The notes beneath the pieces were generated by a model, which worked only from the letters and a program-made list of their open reading frames with translations, was not told the DNA's origin and did no database searches. From Bryobacteraceae bacterium (GTDB lineage: Bacteria > Acidobacteriota > Terriglobia > Bryobacterales > Bryobacteraceae), in assembly GCA_965225785.1 (NCBI GenBank), contig CBDDBV010000022.1, positions 44,803 through 108,802 of the forward strand: 64,000 nucleotides of DNA, written 5' to 3'. The translations under genes were made by a program, and so were the position numbers. Of this stretch, positions 39,060 to 48,647 are shown in pieces. The number at the start of each line of letters is the position of its first letter. Within the stretch, counting starts at the first letter, position 1.

Positions 39060-39666
39060 GCAGTTCCTCGATGCGGATGTTTCGAAAATATGCTTCCATC
39101 GCCGGCCCCGCATGCAACTGCAGCGCGATCACCCCGCGCAGCCGCGCCGAGTCGTGAATGTCCGCCGTCACCTTCTTGTTCAACGACACCGTAATGTGGT
39201 CGCCCTGGCACCGGATTTCATACGTGTTCCAGCCCTTTAGGTCCACCACATCCTTTCCACCCGCCGCCCATCCATTCACCATGGTTCCGCGCGTGCCTTT
39301 TTCTTCGTAGATATTGCCCCAGTAATTGTTCTCGCCCGCGTCCGCCTGGTAGCCCGTCACCACATAATCCGGCAGCCGTTCGCTCCGAAACTGGATGCCG
39401 CTATTGTGATTCCGCAGCTTCATTTCGGCATGCAGAATAAAGTCGCCGAACTGTTCCTTGGTAATCAGAAATTCATTATGGTCGAGCGGCACACCTTCCG
39501 TTGACCCCACGATCATTCCGTCGCGCACGGACCACAACCGCGGATCGCCGTCCCACCCGTCCAGATTCTTGCCGTTGAACAGCGGGCGTTCGCTCCCCGC
39601 GCCCGCAATGCCCAGCGCCAGGGCGCCGAAGCTAACCGCGAACTGAAGAAACGCCGCCCGCCGCAT
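39055..39666 (-). CDS. DUF1080 (3-keto-disaccharide hydrolase) family secreted protein
   Basis: LFNGKNLDGW, NSGIQFRS, WNTYEI.C.G and IALQLHAG motifs. Confidence 0.9.
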   Translation of the reverse strand: MRRAAFLQFAVSFGALALGIAGAGSERPLFNGKNLDGWDGDPRLWSVRDGMIVGSTEGVPLDHNEFLITKEQFGDFILHAEMKLRNHNSGIQFRSERLPDYVVTGYQADAGENNYWGNIYEEKGTRGTMVNGWAAGGKDVVDLKGWNTYEIRCQGDHITVSLNKKVTADIHDSARLRGVIALQLHAGPAMEAYFRNIRIEELH

Positions 39667-40166
39667 TAAACGCCCGCTTCCGTGCGCTCGATCGTAACCG
39701 AATTCAGCTTCACTTCTTTCTTGGGACGGTCCTGCGAATCCCGCGGCGTCCGCGAGATCTTCTCGACCACGTCGTACCCTTCGGTCACTTCCCCAAAAAT
39801 CGTGTGCTTATTGTCGAGCCACGGCGTCGCCGCCACCGTCACGAAAAACTGGCTCCCATTCGTATTCGGCCCGGAATTGGCCATCGACAGCAGCCCTTTT
39901 TTCCCGTGCTTCAGACTCGGATGAAACTCGTCGGCGAACTTATATCCGGGTCCGCCGCGTCCCGAACCTTCCGGGCACCCGCCCTGGATCATGAAGTCCG
40001 GGATCACGCGATGAAACACCAGATTGTCATAAAACGGCTTTCCGGTCTTGGTCCCCTCCGCCAGGGAGGTAAAATTCTCCACCGTCTTCGGGGCTTTATC
40101 GGCGTATAGTTTCGCCGTAAATTTTCCCTCGGAGGTGTCGAAATGCGCAAAAACATCGTTACTCAT
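39666..40166 (-). CDS. cyclophilin-type peptidyl-prolyl isomerase
   Basis: [29 protein letters not shown] and [10 protein letters not shown] motifs. Confidence 0.95.
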   Translation of the reverse strand: MSNDVFAHFDTSEGKFTAKLYADKAPKTVENFTSLAEGTKTGKPFYDNLVFHRVIPDFMIQGGCPEGSGRGGPGYKFADEFHPSLKHGKKGLLSMANSGPNTNGSQFFVTVAATPWLDNKHTIFGEVTEGYDVVEKISRTPRDSQDRPKKEVKLNSVTIERTEAGV

Positions 40167-40190
40167 GCAGTGATTGTATCCCTTGCGGCG

Positions 40191-40337
40191 TTAAAGGACC
40201 GCGCACGCGGGATGTCCGCACTCGCACGTAATTTCCGTCATATCCGCCGCGTCTTCGCAGGACGTGCTGCAATACTTGCTATCCTTCGCCGCCATACATT
40301 TGCAAGCCGGATGCGCACACTTTTTCTGTTCAGCCAT
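40191..40337 (-). CDS. prokaryotic metallothionein-like protein (48 aa)
   Basis: Manual translation MAEQKKCAHPACKCMAAKDSKYCSTSCEDAADMTEITCECGHPACAVL*; 8 Cys + 2 His, YCSxxC and CxCGH; GGAGG RBS. Not in the ORF track. Confidence 0.85.
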   Translation of the reverse strand: MAEQKKCAHPACKCMAAKDSKYCSTSCEDAADMTEITCECGHPACAVL

Positions 40338-40607
40338 TTGGTAAAGCCTCCGAGGCTAACGGTAGCAATCGCGAGTCCAATAGAGCCGCCGGGGATCTAA
40401 GCGGCCGCCGCCAAATATAGCACTGAGTGCCACACCTAACCGGAAGCGTGCGCCCCGAAAATCCGTTTCCCAAAGCCGGCGCAGTGGGTTTTCCGGACCA
40501 GTACCGCTCTTCCGCATTTATTTCGCGCTCATTCCAAACGCCTTAACCCCATCATCCCCGCGCAGCCTCATCCCCGCCATGTACCGTGAAGCCGAAAGGA
40601 ACTTCCC

Positions 40608-41297
40608 ATGGCAACATCACCCATTACTCCGGAACTCAACGCCGATTGTGACCGCGCCGCGATCAATCGTGAAAACGCTCAGCACTCCACCGGTCCTCGT
40701 ACCGTCGAAGGCAAACAACGGGTCCGCATGAATGCCCTTAAGCATGGCCTCTACTCTCAGGCCCTCATCGTCCACCCCCACGAGCAGGAGGCCTACGATC
40801 AGGATTTCAAGACTCTGGAAGCCCGCTACAGGCCCATCAACGAACAGGAAGCCGAACTCGTCCAAAGCCTGCACGAGTACCGCTGGCGCTTCAATTGTTC
40901 CGTCACCCTGGAGCGCAACCTCCACCGCTTAACCGAAGAAGATCAACTTGAAGCCATCGATGAACGGTTCGGCGAGCAGGACGAGGAGATTCGCCGCGCC
41001 CTCGCGCAAGCCGCCGGTTACCGCGCCAACACCCGAATGTTCGATCAGCTCAGCCGCCTCCAGGCCCGCCTCGAACGCATCCTCGACCGGACCTACCACG
41101 AACTCTCCTTCGTCATCGCAAACCGCCCGTTGAAGCGCCCCGTCGTCAAGGCAACGGAACAAAGCCAAACCACCTGGCCCAGTTCACCCGCCGTCCCGGC
41201 CGAAATGCCGGAATTCACCGGCTCGCTCAAGGAATTCAAGCGCAAACAGTGGCTGCGCCAGCAGGAGAAGCGCAACAACCCACAGTCAGGCGTCTAA
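40608..41297 (+). CDS. hypothetical protein (NR.NA..STGPRT.EGK...NALKHG family)
   Basis: N-terminal STGPRT motif family followed by a helical region; AAGGA RBS. Confidence 0.75.
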   Translation: MATSPITPELNADCDRAAINRENAQHSTGPRTVEGKQRVRMNALKHGLYSQALIVHPHEQEAYDQDFKTLEARYRPINEQEAELVQSLHEYRWRFNCSVTLERNLHRLTEEDQLEAIDERFGEQDEEIRRALAQAAGYRANTRMFDQLSRLQARLERILDRTYHELSFVIANRPLKRPVVKATEQSQTTWPSSPAVPAEMPEFTGSLKEFKRKQWLRQQEKRNNPQSGV

Positions 41298-41386
41298 AGC
41301 GCGTCCATTCGTCGTCGGCCCGTTTGCAGCACACCCAAGGCACGCCGGAACTGTGCCCGAATCACAGGTATCCTGCAAATGCGCCC

Positions 41387-41998
41387 ATGCTTTCTCTTGC
41401 CGACCACTTCGGCCCCATCGACATCTACCTGTTCGACCAGCTCCTGCGCGGCCGCATCGCCCCCGGCGCGCGCATCCTCGATGCCGGCTGCGGAACCGGC
41501 CGCAACCTCGTCTACCTTCTTCGCGCCGGGCATGAGGTCTTCGGCGTCGATGCCGATCCCGACGCCATCGAACAAACCCGCCAGTTAGCCCGATGGCTCG
41601 CTCCATCTTTACCCGCCGAAAATTTCCGGCTCGGATCGCTAGAGTCCATGCCCTTTCCCAAAGCCTTCGCCGACGCCGTGCTGAGCAGCGCCGTCCTTCA
41701 CTTCGCCCGCGACGACGAGCAATTTCACGCCATGCTCCGCGGCACCTGGGACGCGCTCAAACCCGGAGGTCTTTTCTTCTGCCGGCTCGCATCCTCCATC
41801 GGGATCGAATCGCAAATCACCCCCCTCGCGGCCAGGCGCTTCCTTCTCCCGGACGGCTCGGAAAGGTATCTCGTCGACGAGCAGCTTCTCATGAACCTCA
41901 CCGCAACCCTTGGCGGCGAACTGCTCGATCCCATCAAGACCACCGTCGTACAAGCCCAGCGCTCCATGACCACCTGGGTATTGCTCAAGCACAAGTGA
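41387..41998 (+). CDS. class I SAM-dependent methyltransferase
   Basis: ILDAGCGTGRN motif I, VLHFA and LKPGG. Confidence 0.88.
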   Translation: MLSLADHFGPIDIYLFDQLLRGRIAPGARILDAGCGTGRNLVYLLRAGHEVFGVDADPDAIEQTRQLARWLAPSLPAENFRLGSLESMPFPKAFADAVLSSAVLHFARDDEQFHAMLRGTWDALKPGGLFFCRLASSIGIESQITPLAARRFLLPDGSERYLVDEQLLMNLTATLGGELLDPIKTTVVQAQRSMTTWVLLKHK

Positions 41999-42010
41999 CA
42001 TCATGTATAC

Positions 42011-42463
42011 ATGCTCCAAGTAGGCGACGAAGCCCCCGACCTCGATCTCGCAACCGACACCGGCGAACAGTTCGACCTGAAAGCCCATCGCGGCAAAAAG
42101 ATCATCCTCTACTTCTACCCGCGCGCCGATACCCCTGGCTGCACTATTGAGTCCTGTGAGTTCCGCGATGCCGCTCCGCGGTTCCAGGAGAAGGACGCGC
42201 TCATCCTTGGCATCTCACCCGACACCGTCAAAGCCCAGGCCAAGTTCAAAGAGAAGTTTGGTCTCAACTTCATCCTCCTCGCCGATGAAGATAAAGTCGC
42301 CGCCAAAGCCTACGGTGTCATGAAAGAGAAAAATATGTACGGCAAGAAAGTGATGGGCATCGAGCGCACCACCTTCCTCATCGACGAAAACGGCAAAATC
42401 GCCCGCATCTTCAACAAGGTGAAACCCGAAGGCCACGCCGCCGAAATCCTGCAAGCCGTCTAG
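42011..42463 (+). CDS. bcp: peroxiredoxin Q / BCP
   Basis: YFYPRADTPGCTIESC, GISPD and IERTTFLID motifs. Confidence 0.95.
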   Translation: MLQVGDEAPDLDLATDTGEQFDLKAHRGKKIILYFYPRADTPGCTIESCEFRDAAPRFQEKDALILGISPDTVKAQAKFKEKFGLNFILLADEDKVAAKAYGVMKEKNMYGKKVMGIERTTFLIDENGKIARIFNKVKPEGHAAEILQAV

Positions 42464-43644
42464 TTTCTGAGGAACTCGCCGATCCGCTCCATCGCCGGCG
42501 CCAGCACCGATCGATCCGACGCATAGCAGATCCGCACCGATCCCTCGCCGCCATTCCCAAACGCCACCCCCGGCGCGATCCCGACCTTCGTCTCTTCCAG
42601 CAGCCGCTTACAAAACGCGAACGAGTCGGTCATCCCCGCAACGCGCGGAAACAGGTAGAACGCGCCATCCGGAGCGGGCAGCGTCAGCCGCGGCATCTTG
42701 CGCAATTCGCCCACGCAATAGTCGCGGTTGTCGCGCAGCCGTTCCAGCATCGTCCGCAGCTCAGGTTCGCCTTCCGTCAGCGCCGCTTCCGCCGCCTTCT
42801 GCACAAACCCCGCCGCGCACGAAACCATGAACTCGTTCAATTGCGCGCACTTCTGCGCCAGATCCCTCCGCGCGATCAGCCAACCCAACCGCCATCCCGT
42901 CATGCAGTAGCTCTTCGAAAAGGAGTGCACCACCATCACGGAATCCTCCCGCGTCGCCAACTGCAGAATCGATGGCACCGGCTCCCCCAGCCGCGCCCCC
43001 GAATAGTAAAGCCGGTCGTACACCTCATCCGCCATCAGCCACAGCCCATACTTGCGGCTCAGTTCCAGCAGCTTCTCCTGCTGTTCGCGGGTCGCCACCC
43101 ATCCCAGCGGATTCGATGGCGAAGTGTAAACCAACAACCGCGTCCTCGGGGTGATCGCCGCTTCAATCGCCTCGAAATCGATCGAGTAAACAGAACCTTC
43201 CAGCGGCTGCGCAATCTCAATCGACTTCGCGTTCGCCAGCCGGATAATCGCCGAGGCATTCGGCCACGCCGGCGTCAGCACGATCGCCTCATCGCCCGGA
43301 TCGAGCACCGACCGTATCGACAGTGCAATCGCCTGCACCCCGGAAGCGGTGATCATAATCTCCCGCTTGGGATCCAACTCCACGCCCTGCTGCTGAACGT
43401 AGTAGTCCGCAATCGCGCGCCGCAGCGACGGCAATCCCGCGTTCTCGGTGTAATAGGTGTACCCGTCGCGAATCGCCTTATCGGCCGCGCGCTTCAGATA
43501 CTCGGGCGTCGGCAGATTCGATTCGCCGAAGTAGAGCCGCAGTACGCCAGGCATCCCCATGGCGATCTCGGCCAGTTCTCGAATCCGCGAATGCGGAACG
43601 CGCATCACGGATTCCGCGATAGTTGGAACGACAACAGTACTCAA
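42460..43644 (-). CDS. PLP-dependent aminotransferase class I/II
   Basis: YTENAGLPSLR, SPSNPLG, ADEVY and SFSKSYCMTGWRLG motifs. TTG start 6 nt after GATAAT. Confidence 0.92.
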   Translation of the reverse strand: MSTVVVPTIAESVMRVPHSRIRELAEIAMGMPGVLRLYFGESNLPTPEYLKRAADKAIRDGYTYYTENAGLPSLRRAIADYYVQQQGVELDPKREIMITASGVQAIALSIRSVLDPGDEAIVLTPAWPNASAIIRLANAKSIEIAQPLEGSVYSIDFEAIEAAITPRTRLLVYTSPSNPLGWVATREQQEKLLELSRKYGLWLMADEVYDRLYYSGARLGEPVPSILQLATREDSVMVVHSFSKSYCMTGWRLGWLIARRDLAQKCAQLNEFMVSCAAGFVQKAAEAALTEGEPELRTMLERLRDNRDYCVGELRKMPRLTLPAPDGAFYLFPRVAGMTDSFAFCKRLLEETKVGIAPGVAFGNGGEGSVRICYASDRSVLAPAMERIGEFLRN

Positions 43645-43768
43645 GCCCCTATTATCGACCGAACCAATCCAGACCACACATGTGAACTCTTGCATGCGCT
43701 CATAAGTCGCGCGCGCATTGAAGCCGAAGCACTTCCGCATCGGGGCGCGTCGTGCATCGTTCGGGAGC

Positions 43769-44497
43769 ATGTCACGCCGCTCCCAAACCATTTCGTTCCT
43801 TCTGCACGGAATCGCCATCGTGCTGCTCTTGCTATGGACGGTAAAGCCCTACGGCCCGGACTCGCCCGCTGAGGTCACCCACATCTTCGCCCCGCCGCCG
43901 GCGCATGCCCCAGCCGGTGGAGGGGGCATGCATGAACCGCGGCCCGTTCGCAAAGGCGTGCTGCCGCCCCACTCCGTCCGCGTCTTCACGCCACCGTTGA
44001 TCCAGCGCGTCGACTTTCAACCCAGACTCATGGTCCAGCCCACGATCGACGCCCCGCCGGAAGTCCCGGTCGAAACAGGCGCGGTCGGCGACCCTCACGG
44101 CATCGGCGCAATCTCCGGCGGAACCGGCGGTCCGGCGGGGTTGGGTGATGGGACGGGCCGGTCGATTGGAAAAGGAATCGGCGACCGCTACGGAGACGGC
44201 ATTGACGGCGTCTATTCCATCGGCCACGGCGCCAGCGCCCCGGTCCCGATCCGGATCGTGGAGCCCGAATACTCGGAACCGGCACGCAAGGCCCGCATGT
44301 CCGGCAGCATTTTGGTCTACGCGGAAATCGGTCCGGACGGCCGCCCGAAGAACCTGCACATCACCCGCGGCATGGGAATGGGATTGGACGAAAAAGCTTT
44401 GGACGCAGTGGCTAAGTGGCTCTTCAAGCCCGGTCTCAAAGACGGCCGCCCGGTAACAGTCCGGGCCACTTTCGAAGTGAACTTCCGCCTACTCTAG
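43769..44497 (+). CDS. tonB: energy transducer TonB
   Basis: N-terminal TM with SxxxH, Pro/Gly-rich linker, and C-terminal PEYSEPARKAR..GLDEKALDAV.KW.FKPG. Confidence 0.88.
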   Translation: MSRRSQTISFLLHGIAIVLLLLWTVKPYGPDSPAEVTHIFAPPPAHAPAGGGGMHEPRPVRKGVLPPHSVRVFTPPLIQRVDFQPRLMVQPTIDAPPEVPVETGAVGDPHGIGAISGGTGGPAGLGDGTGRSIGKGIGDRYGDGIDGVYSIGHGASAPVPIRIVEPEYSEPARKARMSGSILVYAEIGPDGRPKNLHITRGMGMGLDEKALDAVAKWLFKPGLKDGRPVTVRATFEVNFRLL

Positions 44498-44532
44498 AGA
44501 ACGCGAAACCGCTTCACGGCCCACAACTGATC

Positions 44533-45123
44533 CTACTTGTCTTCTCCCGACGGACGCGTCTGGCCTTGGAACCCGGTGTTGATCTCACGAGTCGGTTCAG
44601 AGTCGAGTTGTTCCACAATCAGTTGGCAAATGATCGTCTTGTTCGGAACCAGCTTCAAATGGAATGGACTAAAGTTAATCATCTCGAGCGTAATCTTTCC
44701 ATTGAATCCAGCATGTATGGTGGGAGCCGTCAGATGGACAATAATTCCGATGCGAGCAAGAGAACTTCGGCCTTCCACTCGAGCCGCCAGCCTAAAGTCG
44801 CGATTGAGATGCACGCGTTCACGGGTGATCGCCAGCATGTGCCAGGGATGGCTCTTGAACGGCGGGAAGACGATCGACCCGTCGCTTTCCTTCTGGATTG
44901 GAACCAAGAACGCCTTCGCCGTTTTAGCAAACTTCTGCTTGGACAAGTCGAGGTATGTGGCCACCCCATCCACTTCCAGCTTTTCGGGATCCCACCCATA
45001 GAATTCGTCGCCAAGGAAAAGATCTACGGCGGACGTAGTGTACTGCGTGAGGTCGGGCGCCGGCGAAATTTCGATAGCGCCCTGTTCCAGCGCCTTCTTG
45101 ATACCGTCGTCGCTTAGAATCAT
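44533..45123 (-). CDS. dcd: dCTP deaminase (trimeric dUTPase fold)
   Basis: MILSD, SAVDL.LG, VEGRSSLARIG, GFNGKITLE and ICQL motifs. Confidence 0.88.
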   Translation of the reverse strand: MILSDDGIKKALEQGAIEISPAPDLTQYTTSAVDLFLGDEFYGWDPEKLEVDGVATYLDLSKQKFAKTAKAFLVPIQKESDGSIVFPPFKSHPWHMLAITRERVHLNRDFRLAARVEGRSSLARIGIIVHLTAPTIHAGFNGKITLEMINFSPFHLKLVPNKTIICQLIVEQLDSEPTREINTGFQGQTRPSGEDK

Positions 45124-45129
45124 GAACGA

Positions 45130-45399
45130 CTAAGCATAGGCCCAAGCGGCCCTCGGAACCCAGGCACGGAGGCCGCCCACAACCGGCTCGCCCTGCAACT
45201 CAATCAGCGCCTTATCATTGTCCTCCTCAACAAGATGGGCGATTACTTTGCCATTAACCTCATCCCCATTGCTCGGAAACTCGCTCACGCGGACATTCAC
45301 GCGATCGATATAGACGGACGAGTCATTCACCGTGACATAGAACTCGCTCTCAAAAAGCCCTTGAGAAACGGTGCAAGCCACCAGGATGGGTTTTGGCAT
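45130..45399 (-). CDS. small hypothetical protein upstream of dcd
   Basis: 89-aa beta-rich ORF, 6 nt upstream of dcd, with the same atypical composition. Confidence 0.6.
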   Translation of the reverse strand: MPKPILVACTVSQGLFESEFYVTVNDSSVYIDRVNVRVSEFPSNGDEVNGKVIAHLVEEDNDKALIELQGEPVVGGLRAWVPRAAWAYA

Positions 45400-45415
45400 A
45401 TCCGAGTTTCCCCTC

Positions 45416-45949
45416 TTACGCCTTCTCGAACTTCATCGCCGCCGAGTTCATGCAGTAGCGCAAATGGGTCGGCTCCGGCCCGTCGTCGAACACATGCCCC
45501 AGGTGCGCGTCGCACTCCTTGCACTTCACTTCCGTCCGCACGCCGAAACTCATGTCCGTGTGGTTCTCCACGTTCTGCTTATCGATCGGCTGATAGAAGC
45601 TCGGCCAACCCGTACCGGAGTTGTACTTCGTGTTGGAATCGAACAGCGCATTCCCGCAGCATACGCACCGGTAGATGCCCTTTTCGTGGTTATCCCAGTA
45701 CTTCCCGGTGAACGCGCGCTCCGTCCCCGCCTTGCGCGTCACGTCGAACTCTTCCGGCGTCAGCTTCTTCTTCCACTCGTCGTCGCTTAACACGACTTTG
45801 TCCACGGTCACAGGCCCTTCCTTCTTGCCCGAGTTGTCGAACTTCACAATCGTCACTTGGCGCGAGCCGGAATTCTTCGCGGCGCGCGCGACGGCGCTGG
45901 CCGCGACGCCGCACACGGCGGCCATAAACATTCTTCTGGAGGCAATCAC
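45416..45949 (-). CDS. msrB: peptide-methionine (R)-S-oxide reductase with Tat signal
   Basis: SRRMF Tat-like signal; GTERAFTG, CxCC, SGTGWPSF, HLGHVFDDGP and RYCMNS motifs. Confidence 0.95.
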   Translation of the reverse strand: MIASRRMFMAAVCGVAASAVARAAKNSGSRQVTIVKFDNSGKKEGPVTVDKVVLSDDEWKKKLTPEEFDVTRKAGTERAFTGKYWDNHEKGIYRCVCCGNALFDSNTKYNSGTGWPSFYQPIDKQNVENHTDMSFGVRTEVKCKECDAHLGHVFDDGPEPTHLRYCMNSAAMKFEKA

Positions 45950-46059
45950 AGTTTTAGATCCCCTTCCTATACATTCTAGATCTCATCTGTAATTCGCTGG
46001 ATGCAACCGTGAAGTTACGATCCGCGTTTTTCGGCGTTGTTCAGCGGCCACCCTGAAAG

Positions 46060-47169
46060 TCATGAGCGCGAAGTCGTCGGCGAAGACGCGTTCACCACTT
46101 CCACCTTCCCCGACCGTTTCCGTTTAATCTCCTGATCGAGCGTCGGCCGGTGCTGCCGCTTCACCCGGTCAATCCCCATCGGCAAGCCCGTCATCGCCGA
46201 GCGGTACACCGCGTCGATGATCCGCACATCCGCCAGTCCTTCTTCACCCGACGGCTCCGGCTCCACCCCGTCGATCAGGCACTCCGAAAAGTAGTCGATC
46301 TCCGCCGCAAACTGCCCGCTCACCGCATAGCTCTTCTCCGTCGTCTTTTCGCCGACGGTCAGGCGGTGCTTCAACTCCTTGGTGTAGTCGTATGCCGGTT
46401 CAATCTCCAGCCGTCCCTCGGTTCCCACCACCATCTGTGCCGACGCCGACGAAGCCCCGAAACTGCACGTAAACGTCGCCAGCCGGTCTCCCGGAAATCT
46501 CAGGATCGCGCTCGTCATTTCATCCACTTCATGGAACCTTTGATGATCGCCGTTCGCGCTGAACGCGGTCACTTCAAGCGGCTCATCGCCGAACATATAT
46601 CGCGCCGCGTTAATGCAATACACCCCCATATCCCACACCGAACCGCCGCCGAGCACTTCCGGAACCGTCACCCGGATGTTCCCCGGCTTCACCTGCTGCG
46701 TGAACACCGACGAGAAAATCCGAAGATCGCCCAGTTTCCCCGATCGGGCAATTTCAATCGCCTCCAGCGTAGAGCGTTCGAAGTGCAGCCGGTACGCAAT
46801 CATGAGCCGAACATTGTTTTCCCGCGCCGCCGTGATCATCGCGTGGCAATCCATCTCACTTGCCGCCATCGGCTTCTCGCAGAGAATCGAAACTCCCTTG
46901 CGCGCCGCCCGCTCCGTGAATTCCCGATGAAGGTGGTTCGGCGTCGCGATGTACGCCGCGTCGATGTCGCCCAGCGCCAGGCAATCTTCAAAATTCTCAT
47001 AAGAGTAAGTGCGGGTCACTTTGTACTTACGGGATAGGGCATCGAGCTTTTCGCCGTCCCCGGAGACGAGCGCGGCCAGTTCGCTCGATTCGGTATGTTC
47101 AAACGCCGGCAGAACAGCTTCCTGGGCAATGTCGCCCAATCCAACAACTACGTAGCGGATCTTTTTCAT
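46060..47169 (-). CDS. Gfo/Idh/MocA family oxidoreductase (GFOR-like)
   Basis: YVVVGLG, YIATPNHLH, CEKPMA, AYRLHFE and GGGSVWDMGVY motifs. Confidence 0.92.
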   Translation of the reverse strand: MKKIRYVVVGLGDIAQEAVLPAFEHTESSELAALVSGDGEKLDALSRKYKVTRTYSYENFEDCLALGDIDAAYIATPNHLHREFTERAARKGVSILCEKPMAASEMDCHAMITAARENNVRLMIAYRLHFERSTLEAIEIARSGKLGDLRIFSSVFTQQVKPGNIRVTVPEVLGGGSVWDMGVYCINAARYMFGDEPLEVTAFSANGDHQRFHEVDEMTSAILRFPGDRLATFTCSFGASSASAQMVVGTEGRLEIEPAYDYTKELKHRLTVGEKTTEKSYAVSGQFAAEIDYFSECLIDGVEPEPSGEEGLADVRIIDAVYRSAMTGLPMGIDRVKRQHRPTLDQEIKRKRSGKVEVVNASSPTTSRS

Positions 47170-47296
47170 GGCTTAAGGCTATGCCTGGATTCGCCGTATG
47201 TCAGTACCTTCACGCACAATCCGCGGAGCCAACGCGCGGGAACCCACAGTTCCACGCGTATATACTCTTCGGCGGAGTAGTACAGGAGCACTCAGT

Positions 47297-47626
47297 ATGT
47301 GCATAGCGATTTTAGCCGCCGGACTTTTGATGCAACAGGTGTTCGGAGGTCAAATGGAAGTCGGAGCAAACACCCCTTTGGATCGGATGAGCGAGCAGGT
47401 TCGCGCGGACGCGGCCAGGCAGCTTCTAGACCAAGCCACGAAGCGGGAAGCCGCTCTGCGGGAAAAGCAGTTCGTCGATCGTTTCAACGAACTGGTCCTC
47501 GCAATGGGGCAGTTTTCAAAGAAGTACAAATCCGAGCACGTCATTGATGTGAAAGCCGTGCAGTCCATCAAGAAGGCGTATAAGAATCTGGAGAAGGCGG
47601 ACCCTTGGTTCAAGAGTGTCGAGTAA
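47297..47626 (+). CDS. secreted helical hypothetical protein
   Basis: AGGAG RBS; signal-like MCIAILAAGLL; helical, charged body. Confidence 0.6.
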   Translation: MCIAILAAGLLMQQVFGGQMEVGANTPLDRMSEQVRADAARQLLDQATKREAALREKQFVDRFNELVLAMGQFSKKYKSEHVIDVKAVQSIKKAYKNLEKADPWFKSVE

Positions 47627-48647
47627 TCCGCTCGTAAGCGCTGAAGTAGGATCGGAGCGTTTGCCTTGAATCGAATCGCGCAACGGCGGTGGACCGGCAC
47701 ACCGCCGCATCGATATCGAAAATTCGGCCGATCGCCGCGGCCAACTCTTCTTCCGTCTCAACCAGGAAACCGGTGCGCCCGTTCTCCACAATCCCGGCGA
47801 GCGCGCCGGCTCGAAACGCAATCACCGGCGTCCCTGACGCGAGCGCTTCCATTGCCACCAGTGAACTGGTTTCAGAAGCCAGGCTCGGCGCCAGCAAACA
47901 TCGCGCGGCGCCCAGCAACGCCGCTTTCCGCTTCAACCCCAGCGGCCCCAGGAAGCGCCGGCAGTCATCGAGCAGCGGCTCAACTTCCTCCCGGAAGTAC
48001 TTCTGATGCGCCGGATACGGGTACACCAAACCCCCGATCAGCAGCGGCGTCCGGGCGCGCCGGCAAGCCCGAAGTGCAATGTCAATTCCCTTCTCGGGAC
48101 AGATCCGGCCCAGCACCATCGCGTAATTTTGCTTCCGCGCCCGGGGCCGAAACGTTTCCAGATTCACGCCGTTCGCGATCGCGGGAAACAAGTCGGCCCC
48201 GGTCGGCGCCGTCCGCTGCTGCGAATCCGAAACGCACTGCAGATACGTCTGCGGACGCCCGTTTCGAAAAATACTCTCGGGGTACCAGGCGAGCGGCAGA
48301 TGCAGCGTCGCCAACACCGGCACTCCCGGACCCGGCAGATAGTCGGCGAAGTCAATTCCATGCAGATGAATCAAGTCCACCCGCTGGGCGCGAAGGACGC
48401 GATCGATCAGTTCCCGCGTGGTCCGGTGAACCGCTTCACGCGCATGGTCGTCAATCGACTCCGGGACCGCGGGAAGCGGGACCAATTCACCGCGCACCGT
48501 TGACCCTTGAGGCGCAATCACGATTGATCGATGGCCTGCTTCCACCAGAGCCCGATCGAGCATGGTCAACACCTGCTCCGCCCCGCCCACGGCGTCCTCG
48601 CCAACCGGAGCGAACGGATACGCCACGCTCAGGACCGTCCAACTCAT
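47610..48647 (-). CDS. glycosyltransferase family 4
   Basis: GGAEQV, IANGV, LGRICPEKG and ETSSLVAMEALASGTPV motifs; ATGA overlap with the upstream PIG-L gene. Confidence 0.9.
   Translation of the reverse strand: MSWTVLSVAYPFAPVGEDAVGGAEQVLTMLDRALVEAGHRSIVIAPQGSTVRGELVPLPAVPESIDDHAREAVHRTTRELIDRVLRAQRVDLIHLHGIDFADYLPGPGVPVLATLHLPLAWYPESIFRNGRPQTYLQCVSDSQQRTAPTGADLFPAIANGVNLETFRPRARKQNYAMVLGRICPEKGIDIALRACRRARTPLLIGGLVYPYPAHQKYFREEVEPLLDDCRRFLGPLGLKRKAALLGAARCLLAPSLASETSSLVAMEALASGTPVIAFRAGALAGIVENGRTGFLVETEEELAAAIGRIFDIDAAVCRSTAVARFDSRQTLRSYFSAYERITRHS

Noticed and set aside
40419-40433. TAGCACTGAGTGCCA upstream of the metallothionein as a CIRCE or sigma54 site
   Set aside because: It lacks the 9-nt CIRCE spacer, and the GG-GC spacing is 8 rather than 10. 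It may still be an operator, but nothing supports that.
44533-45123. dcd as the known anti-phage dCTP deaminase (AvcD-type)
   Set aside because: Those enzymes are kinase + zinc cytidine-deaminase fusions; this is a dUTPase-fold Dcd.
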